Shown here in pieces: positions 16,226 to 25,324 of a DNA stretch of 36,431 bases. Within the stretch, counting starts at the first letter, position 1. Every line of letters starts with the position of its first letter. The DNA lies in the NCBI GenBank assembly GCA_039679675.1, contig JBDKUN010000016.1, positions 1 to 36,431 of the forward strand, in the 5' to 3' direction. The notes beneath the pieces were generated by a model that saw nothing but the letters and a program-made list of their open reading frames with translations, did not search any database and was not told the DNA's origin. The position numbers were made by a program, and so were the translations under genes. Origin of the DNA: Armatimonadota bacterium. Lineage in GTDB: Bacteria > Armatimonadota > UBA5829 > DTLH01.

Positions 16226-16924
16226 ATGCATATAATCACTTGTTGTGCTCTGGTTGTTTTGAACAGTGGATATTTGGCAGCGTCATCTTCAGCAATATCA
16301 ACCAGTAACAACAGTATACCATCAGAATTGCAGAAATATTTTTGGATTGGTAAGGGACCAGATGGTAAATCTGACATGATATTGGTAGCTTCGATACAGG
16401 ATCGATTCGAAGCCCCAGTCTTAACTGCTTATATATACAATCAGACTGATAAACAATTAAGTAAACTAGGCGAAATAAAGGATATACCAGTATTTATGTT
16501 AGTTGATTTACGTGTTTATCATGACTTACAGCGAAAGGTTTTATATGCTGCTGTCGGACAAGCAGGTGCAGCCCCATTAGGTGATTGGGTGATAGAAATA
16601 AACAGCAATGGACAGATGAGAACTGTATTCAATGCATTAAGTCGAGGTATACCAACATTCAGTATAGTTAAGGGCACTCCTGAGATAAGAGAAGTATGGG
16701 AGATACCTATTTTAATGGACACAGGTTGGCGTCCTACAAAGGAGTTTGATGGGCATGTGTTGGTTGAAAGGATATTCCATACTAATTCTAGAGGAGTATT
16801 TGAGCTAAAAATTGTTCGACCCGCACTGGAAGATGAAAAACGGCTCACCAAGCAACAATTTGAGGTAATTGAGAAAGCAAGGCAGGATTTTGAATCTCGT
16901 CATCCTGAGCCAAAAAACAGATAG
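16226..16924 (+). CDS. Secreted protein, putative immunity protein for the Rhs toxin
   Basis: Directly downstream of the Rhs tip, AT-rich, signal-like N-terminus MHIITCCALVVLNSGYLAASSSA. Start is uncertain (ORF track gives 16175). Confidence 0.6.
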   Translation: MHIITCCALVVLNSGYLAASSSAISTSNNSIPSELQKYFWIGKGPDGKSDMILVASIQDRFEAPVLTAYIYNQTDKQLSKLGEIKDIPVFMLVDLRVYHDLQRKVLYAAVGQAGAAPLGDWVIEINSNGQMRTVFNALSRGIPTFSIVKGTPEIREVWEIPILMDTGWRPTKEFDGHVLVERIFHTNSRGVFELKIVRPALEDEKRLTKQQFEVIEKARQDFESRHPEPKNR

Positions 16925-17052
16925 CATTCAGTTACGACATATACTAAAGGTAAATTGATAGTAACAGAGCCAGAAGATACTACCAATTTTGCCAAAATTA
17001 ATAGGCAACAGGACGTATCTTTCGTCCTGTTGCTTCTGCAACTGAGGAAAAG

Positions 17053-17775
17053 GTGAAAGTGATGAAGCTGTTAGCTATATCAGCTTTTCTTGTTATATTT
17101 CTTTTTGCCTGCGTGGCGGTGTCCGCAGCGCCGTCAATAGTGTTTGATAAGACAGAGCAGGATATAGGTGAGGTGGAAGGCGGAAAGACAGTAAAGGTGG
17201 TCTTTCCTTTTACCAACAACGGAGACGAGCCGCTTGTGATAAAGAGCGTAAACGGCTCCTGCGGATGCACCATTACGAAGGCTCTTGCAACAAGAATAGA
17301 GCCCGGAGAGTCATCCAGCATAGAAGTGGAGTTTAAGGCTAAGGCTACAGCAACTAAAGCCAGAAATCCGGTCACTGTCAACTGTAATGATCCCGCCAAA
17401 CCCACTGTAGAGCTTATGGTCATAGGTAAAGTCATCCCCATTGTTACCTTCAGCCCGGAGAGACTCAACTTAGGGACTATAAAGGCAGGCACAACAATGG
17501 AAGAGACAGTGCTGGTGACTCCCAGACACCCTGAAAAGTTCAACTTGAAGAATGTTTCTGTTGCAGGCAATCACCTGAAGGTATTGGAATACTCCAAGAC
17601 TGATGACGGCAAAGGAACTTACCTTACAAGGTACAGAATAACCGCCGGAGAGACACCAGGCAGAGTCATAGATGCATTGATTCTTGTGACGGACCAGGCA
17701 GATGTCCCGACAGTCCCCTTTGCTGTCTATGGAAATGTAGAATCGGTGGGCCAGAGCGATGTCAAATCTCCCTAA
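17053..17775 (+). CDS. DUF1573-domain (Ig-like) secreted protein
   Basis: Signal peptide and FPFTNNGDEPLVIKSVNGSCGCT signature. Confidence 0.9.
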   Translation: MKVMKLLAISAFLVIFLFACVAVSAAPSIVFDKTEQDIGEVEGGKTVKVVFPFTNNGDEPLVIKSVNGSCGCTITKALATRIEPGESSSIEVEFKAKATATKARNPVTVNCNDPAKPTVELMVIGKVIPIVTFSPERLNLGTIKAGTTMEETVLVTPRHPEKFNLKNVSVAGNHLKVLEYSKTDDGKGTYLTRYRITAGETPGRVIDALILVTDQADVPTVPFAVYGNVESVGQSDVKSP

Positions 17776-18215
17776 ACTACTGCCTGGAGCCTGCTGTATA
17801 GTCATAGTGGCAGCAGGGCTGGGCTTTACCTGCAACGCAATAAGGAGCGATGGCCTTACGCTTGTACGTAAGCCGCTTCGAGAGACTCGTGCATACGCTA
17901 CGAAAGCGCAGATGACATCAAACGTTCCTATCAATGTCAACAATAGTAAACCAGTAACGCCCACACCTGAAAGTGCGGTCGCTGAGGCTAAGAAAGGTAA
18001 AATAGTCTCCAATACAGTAGATAAGGAGGTAAAAGACTCAGTAACAATAGCCAAAGATACTCGTGCCGTTCCCATTGCTAATGAAACAAAGCCTCAAGGT
18101 TCCATTAAGCAGTGTCCTAAAGACAAAATAGTATCTCAAACGAAGCCATCTCAGCCGCACAGCCAGAAAAAGGCAGAAGCGCTTTTCACAACGCTCGATG
18201 ATGCCAAAACTTTAC
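17759..18215 (+). pseudogene. 3'-truncated membrane-anchored protein (probably rhodanese-domain type)
   Basis: N-terminal TM (..GLGFTCNAIRSDGL), linker, then TTLDDAKTL resembling the first helix of a rhodanese domain. The frame then runs into the repeat arm and the antisense of the next gene. Confidence 0.6.
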
Positions 18216-18288
18216 CTTGCTTCGGCTTGCTTGCCACCGAAGCCGACACCGCAGGTGTCGATTTCTTCGCGCATTTCGCGATTCAAAA
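18216..18288 (-). repeat. Right arm of composite REP/MITE-like element
   Basis: 18216-18261 is 39/46 identical to reverse complement of 28221-28266. 18266-18288 is a 20/23 inverted repeat of 14488-14510. Confidence 0.85.
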
Positions 18289-20511
18289 CCTCTCCCTGTA
18301 CTCCATCGCAACCGGCCTGTGGGCGAGCCAGATGGCCTGCGCGGCGTCGGCGCGGGTGATCGGTGCATCCGGGCTAAAGAAGAGCCCTGTAGCGGCTTCT
18401 GAAGGCGGTCCTGCCCAGCCTCTCGTGTCGATCCGGTGGTTATAGAGCGTCTCCGCAAGCGCCGAGACAGGGCTTCCCGCCTGCAAATCTGCGTAATGCG
18501 ATACTCCAAGAGGTGCGATTACCCAGCTCGCATCCACCTGCCGCTTTGCATCGACAAGTAGCTGCGCAAACTCAGTCCGGGTGATAGGGTTTCCGCCCTG
18601 TGGAGGTGCGGTCTCACTATTTGCCGTGGGGCCGGATGTTTCGACCTTCACCAGCCGGTCCATAAGCCATGCGGCTTCTTCCTGAGTTAGGTTATCCTCA
18701 GGCCGGAAGCTTTCTTCAGGGAAAAAACCGCGCACGCCGAGGAACTGAATGGCGCGGAAATGCCGGGTGTTCTTATCTACATCTTCATACCAGGTAATGT
18801 ACGCTTTTTGGGTGAGGAGCCGGTCCTGAATGATTGCTGCGGGCATTCTGTCGGGATATGTGCTGTATCTGAGCGCGAGTGCGGCGCAAGTTCCGGCTGC
18901 CTGGCCTAGAGACATCCTGACGGGTTCCATCCTGAGCGTTCCATAGGTCACATGTGTAGCCGAAACGGCAGTCAGAACGAGGAGCCCAGGAGTATCTTCG
19001 GGAATAATAATCCCAATCGGCACGCGGTACCATGGTGTGTAGTTCGCAAGCCAGAACTCGCCTTCCCCTTTATGACGGGCATTTGGATCGGTAAGGTTCT
19101 CAGCCGCATGGCTGTCCATCGGGTAGTCTCCAATGGCGATGCTGTCTGCAAAGCTGCGTTCTCGTGCGAAAGTCACATCGCTTTCATCCATAGAGTCCAG
19201 CCCGATCATTCGTCTCGCTTCCCGCACGTAGAGAGTGGGCGGAAAATTGCCGTTGTCGGGATACTCGTCGTCCGCAAGTCCGAGTGATTTCATCCCCAGC
19301 TCGTTCTGCAGGTAGTATAAATAGCCGAGTGCCCTCCAGCGGTATAGCAAATCTATTTCTGCGCGCCTTTCAGAGCTTGCATATAGATAATCATAGTTGA
19401 TCTCTGACAAATCGGTGCCCCATGGGTGCTGGTTTATCTCGAACTTACCGTTCGGCAGCCTGCCCGACGTAAACGCCCAGGACTCCTTCCAGGGAGGGGA
19501 GTAGCGGTAGTCCTCCGGGTTGTAATCAGGCGGCTCAGGGATGCTCTTGTCTGCGCCTTCGCCATAATCTTTTACGGTTATGAGGTAAGCATAGCTCTGG
19601 ATGCGTTCGTCGGCTTCTCCGGTGCTGCCTGGGAGGATTTCGCCGGTCGTGTCGTCATAATAGATATATCCCGCGTGGGGTTCTTTCTTGCTTCGCGCCT
19701 CTCTTGGGATGCGGAACCTGACACCAGCGGCATCTGCGACATCTGCTTCGACAGTCGCATCTATCACTATCTGTCCGTAAAGCTCTCCGACTTCACCCGT
19801 ATCGAGGTTTGTTACCTGCACTCCTGCGGTGCGCGGCCCCTGCCTTATGATTCCGGTCGCGCGAGTCCTTCTGAAGAACGTGATATGCTTTTCACCGTAG
19901 ATCATCGACTTCATGACCGCGTTTGCGATGCGCGGCTCATACCGAAGCCCATTTCCGCTTCCATAGTATGATGCTACACGGCTTCTGAACTCCTCGAAGA
20001 AGCCGTTCGATTTTGAAATATCTCGAATATCGGTAGAGCTGAGCCCGTTTGCGGCCATTCCTCCAGCGCGGTTTGTTTCTTCGACAAGCGCAACGTCTGC
20101 TCCAAGCCTCGCTGCCGATACAGCTGCCGCAGTTCCCGCCGCTGTAGCTCCGACAATTACGACCTGATAGACCGCCGACGGTTGAAACATCGGGAATGTC
20201 TGCTCAGAAACGGTAATGGGACTTTCGCTCAGCCCGGCGACTGTGTAAGTGTAGGTAGTACCGGCGTTAAGCCCCTGGTCGCGATATTTTCGGTCTCCGG
20301 TTGTAACATTTTTCAGAGGCAGGCCGTCTCTTAAGATGGTGACTGTGCCATGTTCGATAGGCAGGTAGATATCGATAGCGTTTGTTGAGACGGCAATAGC
20401 TTCCACACCGCCATCTCCGGCGGAATAAACGGGTTTTTCTGTTGCCGTAACGCCTTTTGATGTTGTGATAGCCGGTATCAGGATCATGATTACTGCAATG
20501 ATTGCTCTCAT
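18283..20511 (-). CDS. Secreted FAD-dependent oxidoreductase with C-terminal SLH-like repeats
   Basis: VVIVGATAAGTAAAVSAAR, IDAT, LYVREARR and LRMEP. SLH-like FRPEDNLTQEEAA, NPITRTEFA and FSPDAPITRADAA. Signal peptide present. Confidence 0.88.
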   Translation of the reverse strand: MRAIIAVIMILIPAITTSKGVTATEKPVYSAGDGGVEAIAVSTNAIDIYLPIEHGTVTILRDGLPLKNVTTGDRKYRDQGLNAGTTYTYTVAGLSESPITVSEQTFPMFQPSAVYQVVIVGATAAGTAAAVSAARLGADVALVEETNRAGGMAANGLSSTDIRDISKSNGFFEEFRSRVASYYGSGNGLRYEPRIANAVMKSMIYGEKHITFFRRTRATGIIRQGPRTAGVQVTNLDTGEVGELYGQIVIDATVEADVADAAGVRFRIPREARSKKEPHAGYIYYDDTTGEILPGSTGEADERIQSYAYLITVKDYGEGADKSIPEPPDYNPEDYRYSPPWKESWAFTSGRLPNGKFEINQHPWGTDLSEINYDYLYASSERRAEIDLLYRWRALGYLYYLQNELGMKSLGLADDEYPDNGNFPPTLYVREARRMIGLDSMDESDVTFARERSFADSIAIGDYPMDSHAAENLTDPNARHKGEGEFWLANYTPWYRVPIGIIIPEDTPGLLVLTAVSATHVTYGTLRMEPVRMSLGQAAGTCAALALRYSTYPDRMPAAIIQDRLLTQKAYITWYEDVDKNTRHFRAIQFLGVRGFFPEESFRPEDNLTQEEAAWLMDRLVKVETSGPTANSETAPPQGGNPITRTEFAQLLVDAKRQVDASWVIAPLGVSHYADLQAGSPVSALAETLYNHRIDTRGWAGPPSEAATGLFFSPDAPITRADAAQAIWLAHRPVAMEYRERF

Positions 20512-20667
20512 TGATAATCTGTTCGATTTTTCTTTCCATATACCCTTCGGCGTTTCATATCATACAGCTTGTAAGCTGCCTTGCTGCTGAGCTATACTAC
20601 CGTTGAAATTGCGTCTAATATGTAATGTTAAAAAGAAGTTTGGAGTAATGGAGGAAATTATATCTGT

Positions 20668-23600
20668 ATGGCAAGAAAGATTGCCTTGATCACACTGGCT
20701 CTTATCATCAGCCTGGGAATCACTGCATCGGCGCAGCTTCCGGTTCCCAAGCCTAATCCTATAATAGGCGCCAGAATGCCGTCTATCAGCCCGGATGGGA
20801 AGAAAATCGCCTTCGTTTACAGAGGCGATGTTTGGATAGCGGACTCAAACGGGAGAAACGCTACAGCGCTTACTCGCAATACCGAACTAGATGCTTATCC
20901 CAGGTTCTCGCCGGACGGCAACTGGGTCGCATTCGCAAGCCTGCGCAATGGCAATTGGGACATGTTCGTGGTTCCTGCGATGGGCGGAACCGTTCAGCAG
21001 TTGACTTATCACTCGAACGGGGAGATTCCCAGTTCCTGGTCCCCGGATGGAAAGCAAATTCTCTACTGCACCAAGATCGATACTGAAGACTATATTCTCT
21101 ACAGCTTGGATGTGCAAACACTTCGCATCCACAAGGTAATAGAAGATTACGCATTTATCAACTCTGCCAGCTACTCGCCTGACGGAAGCATGCTGGTTTA
21201 CGTCAGAGACGGCTTTCCCTGGACCCGGCCCAGATATATGGGTTCCGGCGCTGCCGAGATCAGCGTTCTAGACACGAAAAAGGGTGTTTCCCGCACGATT
21301 ACCGGCGACGAGCGCCAGCACCTGTGGCCCCAGTTCCTTCCAGGCGGAAAACAGATACTTATGGTAACTGTCGGTGACAAAACTCCTTCAACCTGCAAGA
21401 TAGGCCAATCCATCGGCAAGTTTACGGACACCTCGGCCCGTACCCCGAACCTGTGGGTGCTGGACCTGAACGGAAAAGGCCGCCAGATTACTTCATTCAT
21501 CGGCGGATCGGTGAGGTGTCCTGCCGTGGCGATGCGCACCGGCGACATTGTCTTCGAATACGAGCATGACCTCTGGATGATGCGGTCGGGCAAGAAACAG
21601 CCGAAAAAGATAGTCCTTTATGCTTCTGAAGATGAGACGCAGAACTCCGTGAGGATGCAGACGCTTACTTCAGGCGTGGAGGAGGCAGAGCCTTCACCGG
21701 ACGGCAAGACGTTCGCTTTCGGCCTGCACGGTGAGATATGGACGGTGCTGATCGATAAGCCAAGCGGTGTCGAGCGTAAGTCGGCGGAGATTGCCAGACG
21801 GCTCACGGACTGGGCTGGGGATGATTCGGATTTTATGTGGTCCAATGACGGTAAGAAGATCTATTTCTCGTCCGACCGTGAGTCTAATGTCCGAATCTAT
21901 GAGCTGGATGTCGAAACCCTTGCGGTGAAACCGCTCTGGAACAGGACCGAAGATGTTACCGGTCTTCACACATCTCCTGACGGCAGCGAACTGGCATTCT
22001 GGGTAGCCGGACCTGAAGGCGGGCTTTATGTAATGACTCTTGCGACAGGCAAGACCCGGAAGATCGTAGACCTGCCGGCAATACAAAGGTACGGGCAGGG
22101 CGGAGGCAATGTAAGCTGGTCGCCGGATGCAAAATGGATCGCTTACAACCGAGATGAGGATAACGGCGCGTGGAATATCTGGGTCGTACCTGCAGCGGGT
22201 GGCAAATCTGTAAATGTCACGCAGTTGAATGCATTTCATGGCCTGCCGACATGGTCGCCCGACGGCAAATATATGTTCTTTGTGAGCGACCGCGGCGGCG
22301 ACGGGCTTTATGTTCTTCCTCTGACCAAAGAGCCTGCACGCACATCCGATATAGATGTCAAGTTCGAGAAGCCCAAGGATCCCGTGAAAGTTACCATCGA
22401 CTTCGACGGTGCTGACAGGAGGATTAGAAAGCTGTCTTCTCAGGCTCCGGAAAGCGATATTACAGTAACACCGGACGGCAGGATAGCTTTTATATCAGGT
22501 GGTGATGTCTGGTGTGTGACTTATGATGGTAAGGAGACGAAGCGTGTTACGACCGGCGGCGGTTGTTCCATATTCCGTGTTCTGGGAGATGGCAAGAAGT
22601 GGGCTGTTGTCCGCAACGGCGAGCTTCAAACAGTCCGGCCGGAAGACGGGGCGATGTCGAAGATCGACTTTAGGGCGGACTGGGAGAGAGATGTCCGCGC
22701 GGAGCGAAAAGCCGCATTCAACCAGTTCTGGAGGTCATATAACAGGGCATTTTACGATCCCAATATGCATGGCCGGGACTGGAACGCCATCAAGGAGAGG
22801 TATGAGCCGCTTCTGGACTCAGTCGGGACTCGCGAGGAGTTTTCGACGCTCCTTAACATGATGGTCGGTGAACTTGATGCGTCACATTCCGAAATATCGG
22901 CAGCTCCGGGCGGCAATCCGAGCCCTTCGACTCCAATTTTTGGCTTTATGTTCGACTACAGCTACGGCGGTCCCGGAATCCGGGTAGCCAGTGTTCCTGA
23001 CGGCGCTCCGGCGTCGTTTGAAAAGACCCGGATCAAGCCCGGCGAATACATAATGGCTATAAACGGCCAGGATGTATCGCTCGATGAGTACTTGTTCAAA
23101 GCGCTCAATAACAAATGGGACAGGCCGATGGAATTCCTCGTGAACTCGGTACCCAAGAAAGAGGGAGCGCGGACAGTCCGTTACACATGTATGACCTGGA
23201 ATGAGTGGTTTACCCTGCTTTACAAAAACCGTGTAGACCGGATGCGCAAGTATGTTGAATCGAAAAGCAACGGTACCATCGGCTATGTTCACATAAACTA
23301 TATGATGGGACCGGACCAGGCCCGGTTCGAGAGGGAAGTCTACGAGTATTCGCTGGGCAAAAAGGCAATGATCATCGACGTTCGGAACAATGGCGGCGGA
23401 AATATATCCGATACGCTTGTCGATTGGCTGGAAAGAAAACCGCACGGAATCCATTGTTCGCGTGACAGTAAGCCGGAAGTGATGCCGGAGAGATCCTGGG
23501 AGCTTCCGATTGTCGTGTTAATGAACGAAGACAGCAAGTCCAACGCAGAGATGTTCCCTTACGCCATGAGGGAAAGAGGGCTTGCGAAACTGGTGGGTAT

Positions 23601-23823
23601 GCCGACCCCTGGTTATGTTATATCCACACTTGATCTGCCGTTGGTGGATGGAACGAGTGCAAGGATGCCGATGATGGGTGTCTACAGGCTCGACGGAACA
23701 CCGCAGGAGAACATGGGCGAGAAGCCTGATTACATCGTTCCGCTCACGGACGAGGATTGGCTTGCAGGCCGTGATCCCCAGTTGGACAAGGCCATACAGG
23801 TCTTGATCAAGGACGTCAAATAA
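20668..23823 (+). CDS. Tricorn-like S41 peptidase with PD40 beta-propellers and PDZ domain
   Basis: Repeated SPDG motifs, ELDASH, IIDVRNNGGG and SKSNAE catalytic-Ser motif. Confidence 0.93.
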   Translation: MARKIALITLALIISLGITASAQLPVPKPNPIIGARMPSISPDGKKIAFVYRGDVWIADSNGRNATALTRNTELDAYPRFSPDGNWVAFASLRNGNWDMFVVPAMGGTVQQLTYHSNGEIPSSWSPDGKQILYCTKIDTEDYILYSLDVQTLRIHKVIEDYAFINSASYSPDGSMLVYVRDGFPWTRPRYMGSGAAEISVLDTKKGVSRTITGDERQHLWPQFLPGGKQILMVTVGDKTPSTCKIGQSIGKFTDTSARTPNLWVLDLNGKGRQITSFIGGSVRCPAVAMRTGDIVFEYEHDLWMMRSGKKQPKKIVLYASEDETQNSVRMQTLTSGVEEAEPSPDGKTFAFGLHGEIWTVLIDKPSGVERKSAEIARRLTDWAGDDSDFMWSNDGKKIYFSSDRESNVRIYELDVETLAVKPLWNRTEDVTGLHTSPDGSELAFWVAGPEGGLYVMTLATGKTRKIVDLPAIQRYGQGGGNVSWSPDAKWIAYNRDEDNGAWNIWVVPAAGGKSVNVTQLNAFHGLPTWSPDGKYMFFVSDRGGDGLYVLPLTKEPARTSDIDVKFEKPKDPVKVTIDFDGADRRIRKLSSQAPESDITVTPDGRIAFISGGDVWCVTYDGKETKRVTTGGGCSIFRVLGDGKKWAVVRNGELQTVRPEDGAMSKIDFRADWERDVRAERKAAFNQFWRSYNRAFYDPNMHGRDWNAIKERYEPLLDSVGTREEFSTLLNMMVGELDASHSEISAAPGGNPSPSTPIFGFMFDYSYGGPGIRVASVPDGAPASFEKTRIKPGEYIMAINGQDVSLDEYLFKALNNKWDRPMEFLVNSVPKKEGARTVRYTCMTWNEWFTLLYKNRVDRMRKYVESKSNGTIGYVHINYMMGPDQARFEREVYEYSLGKKAMIIDVRNNGGGNISDTLVDWLERKPHGIHCSRDSKPEVMPERSWELPIVVLMNEDSKSNAEMFPYAMRERGLAKLVGMPTPGYVISTLDLPLVDGTSARMPMMGVYRLDGTPQENMGEKPDYIVPLTDEDWLAGRDPQLDKAIQVLIKDVK

Positions 23824-23832
23824 GTAGCTAAT

Positions 23833-23860
23833 AGGGTGCGATCTTTCGAGACCGCACCCT
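23833..23860. terminator. Hairpin between convergent genes
   Basis: AGGGTGCG-atct-TTCG-agac-CGCACCCT. Confidence 0.55.
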
Positions 23861-23865
23861 GCGTA

Positions 23866-24288
23866 TTATTTCTTATTTTGCTCCGAATTCTGCTCTTCCG
23901 GCACGAAGTCCATCGCTCCTGAATCGATGCAGTATCTAAGCCCGGTCGGTTGTGGCCCATCCGTGAACACATGGCCGAGATGTGCATCGCACCGGCTGCA
24001 GAGCACTTCTGTGCGGACCATTCCACGCTGCGTATCTATAGCCTCTTCGACATTCTCCGGGTCAATCGGCTGTGTGAAGCTCGGCCATCCCGAACCGGAA
24101 TCGTATTTGGCATCCGAACTGAACAGAGGTTGCCCGCAGTTGACGCAACGGTAGATGCCTCTTCGTTTCTCATGCAGATATTTACCTGTCCCTGCAGGTT
24201 CAGTGCCCTTTTGACGTGTTATTCTATATTGCTCAGGAGTGAGCTCTCTTCGCCACTCCTCGTCGGTTTTTATAATTTTGGTCCTCAT
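23866..24288 (-). CDS. msrB: Peptide-methionine (R)-S-oxide reductase
   Basis: [43 protein letters not shown]. Confidence 0.97.
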   Translation of the reverse strand: MRTKIIKTDEEWRRELTPEQYRITRQKGTEPAGTGKYLHEKRRGIYRCVNCGQPLFSSDAKYDSGSGWPSFTQPIDPENVEEAIDTQRGMVRTEVLCSRCDAHLGHVFTDGPQPTGLRYCIDSGAMDFVPEEQNSEQNKK

Positions 24289-24367
24289 AGTTATATTCCA
24301 ATTACGCGTAATTATGATGTCTACACAAAATTATACCCATCATTCGATCCACATATTGATTAAAAGG

Positions 24368-25054
24368 CTAATGACCGGCACCGGTGGGCGTGGCATAGGT
24401 CTTCGGCATCAGGCTTGCGACATTCGTTCCCTTTTTAGCTGTGAAATGCGCCGCAATGGTGAAGCTTTTATTGAATACCAGCGCTCGGAATCCGACTTTT
24501 ATCTTTTGATCAATGGTCAGGACGCCGCTATTTAGTGACCATGAACTAGTCGCGCTCTGGACTTTGCCGTTTTTACCGATACCGAACGGCATTCCGTCTA
24601 CGCTCAGTTTACCGCCGCCCGTACCGCGAAGGCCGTTTTCTGCGCATGTCAGGACTTCGACGAGCTCGTGTTCCTGATTTTTGGGTTTCTTTTCGACAAG
24701 GACTACTCCTTTTCCGGTGATCGTGCCTTTTGCCGCGCCATCAGGCCCGATTTCAAACTTGACGCCGGACTGGCCGATGTTAAGCGGCCCGTTGGGAGTG
24801 TTTCTGTAATAATCGAACTTGCCTGCGTATGTATTGCTGTCTAGCTGTTTGATATTTGCGTGGAAATACTTGTTTTCGGCTGTTTTGCCGTCTGTGCTTT
24901 GCTCGCAGGTCCCTATCCAGTCCCCGACGAGCCCCTTGAGAAATTGCCTTGAGTCGGCTGCTGATGCGATAACTGATGTCGCGAAAACCATTCCCAATGC
25001 AAATAAGACGGCGAAGAGTGACATACTGAACTTAGCTGATCTATCCCTGAACAA
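24368..25054 (-). CDS. Secreted hypothetical protein (beta-barrel-like)
   Basis: AGGAGG precedes TTG at 25054. Signal peptide ..LFAVLFALGMVFATSVIASA, and LVGDWIG motif. Confidence 0.75.
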   Translation of the reverse strand: MFRDRSAKFSMSLFAVLFALGMVFATSVIASAADSRQFLKGLVGDWIGTCEQSTDGKTAENKYFHANIKQLDSNTYAGKFDYYRNTPNGPLNIGQSGVKFEIGPDGAAKGTITGKGVVLVEKKPKNQEHELVEVLTCAENGLRGTGGGKLSVDGMPFGIGKNGKVQSATSSWSLNSGVLTIDQKIKVGFRALVFNKSFTIAAHFTAKKGTNVASLMPKTYATPTGAGH

Positions 25055-25173
25055 ATAATGCCTCCTGCAATAAGTATGATATATATGTACTATAATGAAG
25101 ACGCAAACTGTCGGCTGAGTAGTTCCCAATAGGGGAAGTATCTGTGAAATTAATGGAGGAGGGAACAAAAATA

Positions 25174-25219
25174 TGGAGTGCGGTGGCTTGGCACCGCTTT
25201 TCTATCGGCAGTCACTATC
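25174..25219 (+). repeat. Solo REP-like unit (GGAGTGCGG family)
   Basis: TGGAGTGCGGTGGCTTGGCACCGCTTTTCTATCGGCAGTCACTATC shares its flanks with the 14438 and 28411 copies. Confidence 0.8.
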
Positions 25220-25260
25220 TATGCATATGAGAGATCGGTGTAATGGATTGGAAAATGAAT

Positions 25261-25294
25261 AAAAATGGTCCTGGATTCATGAATTCAGGACCAT
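25261..25294 (-). terminator. Intrinsic terminator of typA
   Basis: ATGGTCCTG..CAGGACCAT stem followed by a T-run on the minus strand. Confidence 0.75.
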
Positions 25295-25324
25295 CATATC
25301 TGTGAAATCTTTTAAATCTGCGTT

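Noticed and set aside
17759..18445. 228-aa ORF as an intact gene
   Set aside because: Residues after TTLDDAKTL derive from the repeat arm and the antisense strand of the oxidoreductase (163-nt overlap), so it is treated as a truncated gene.
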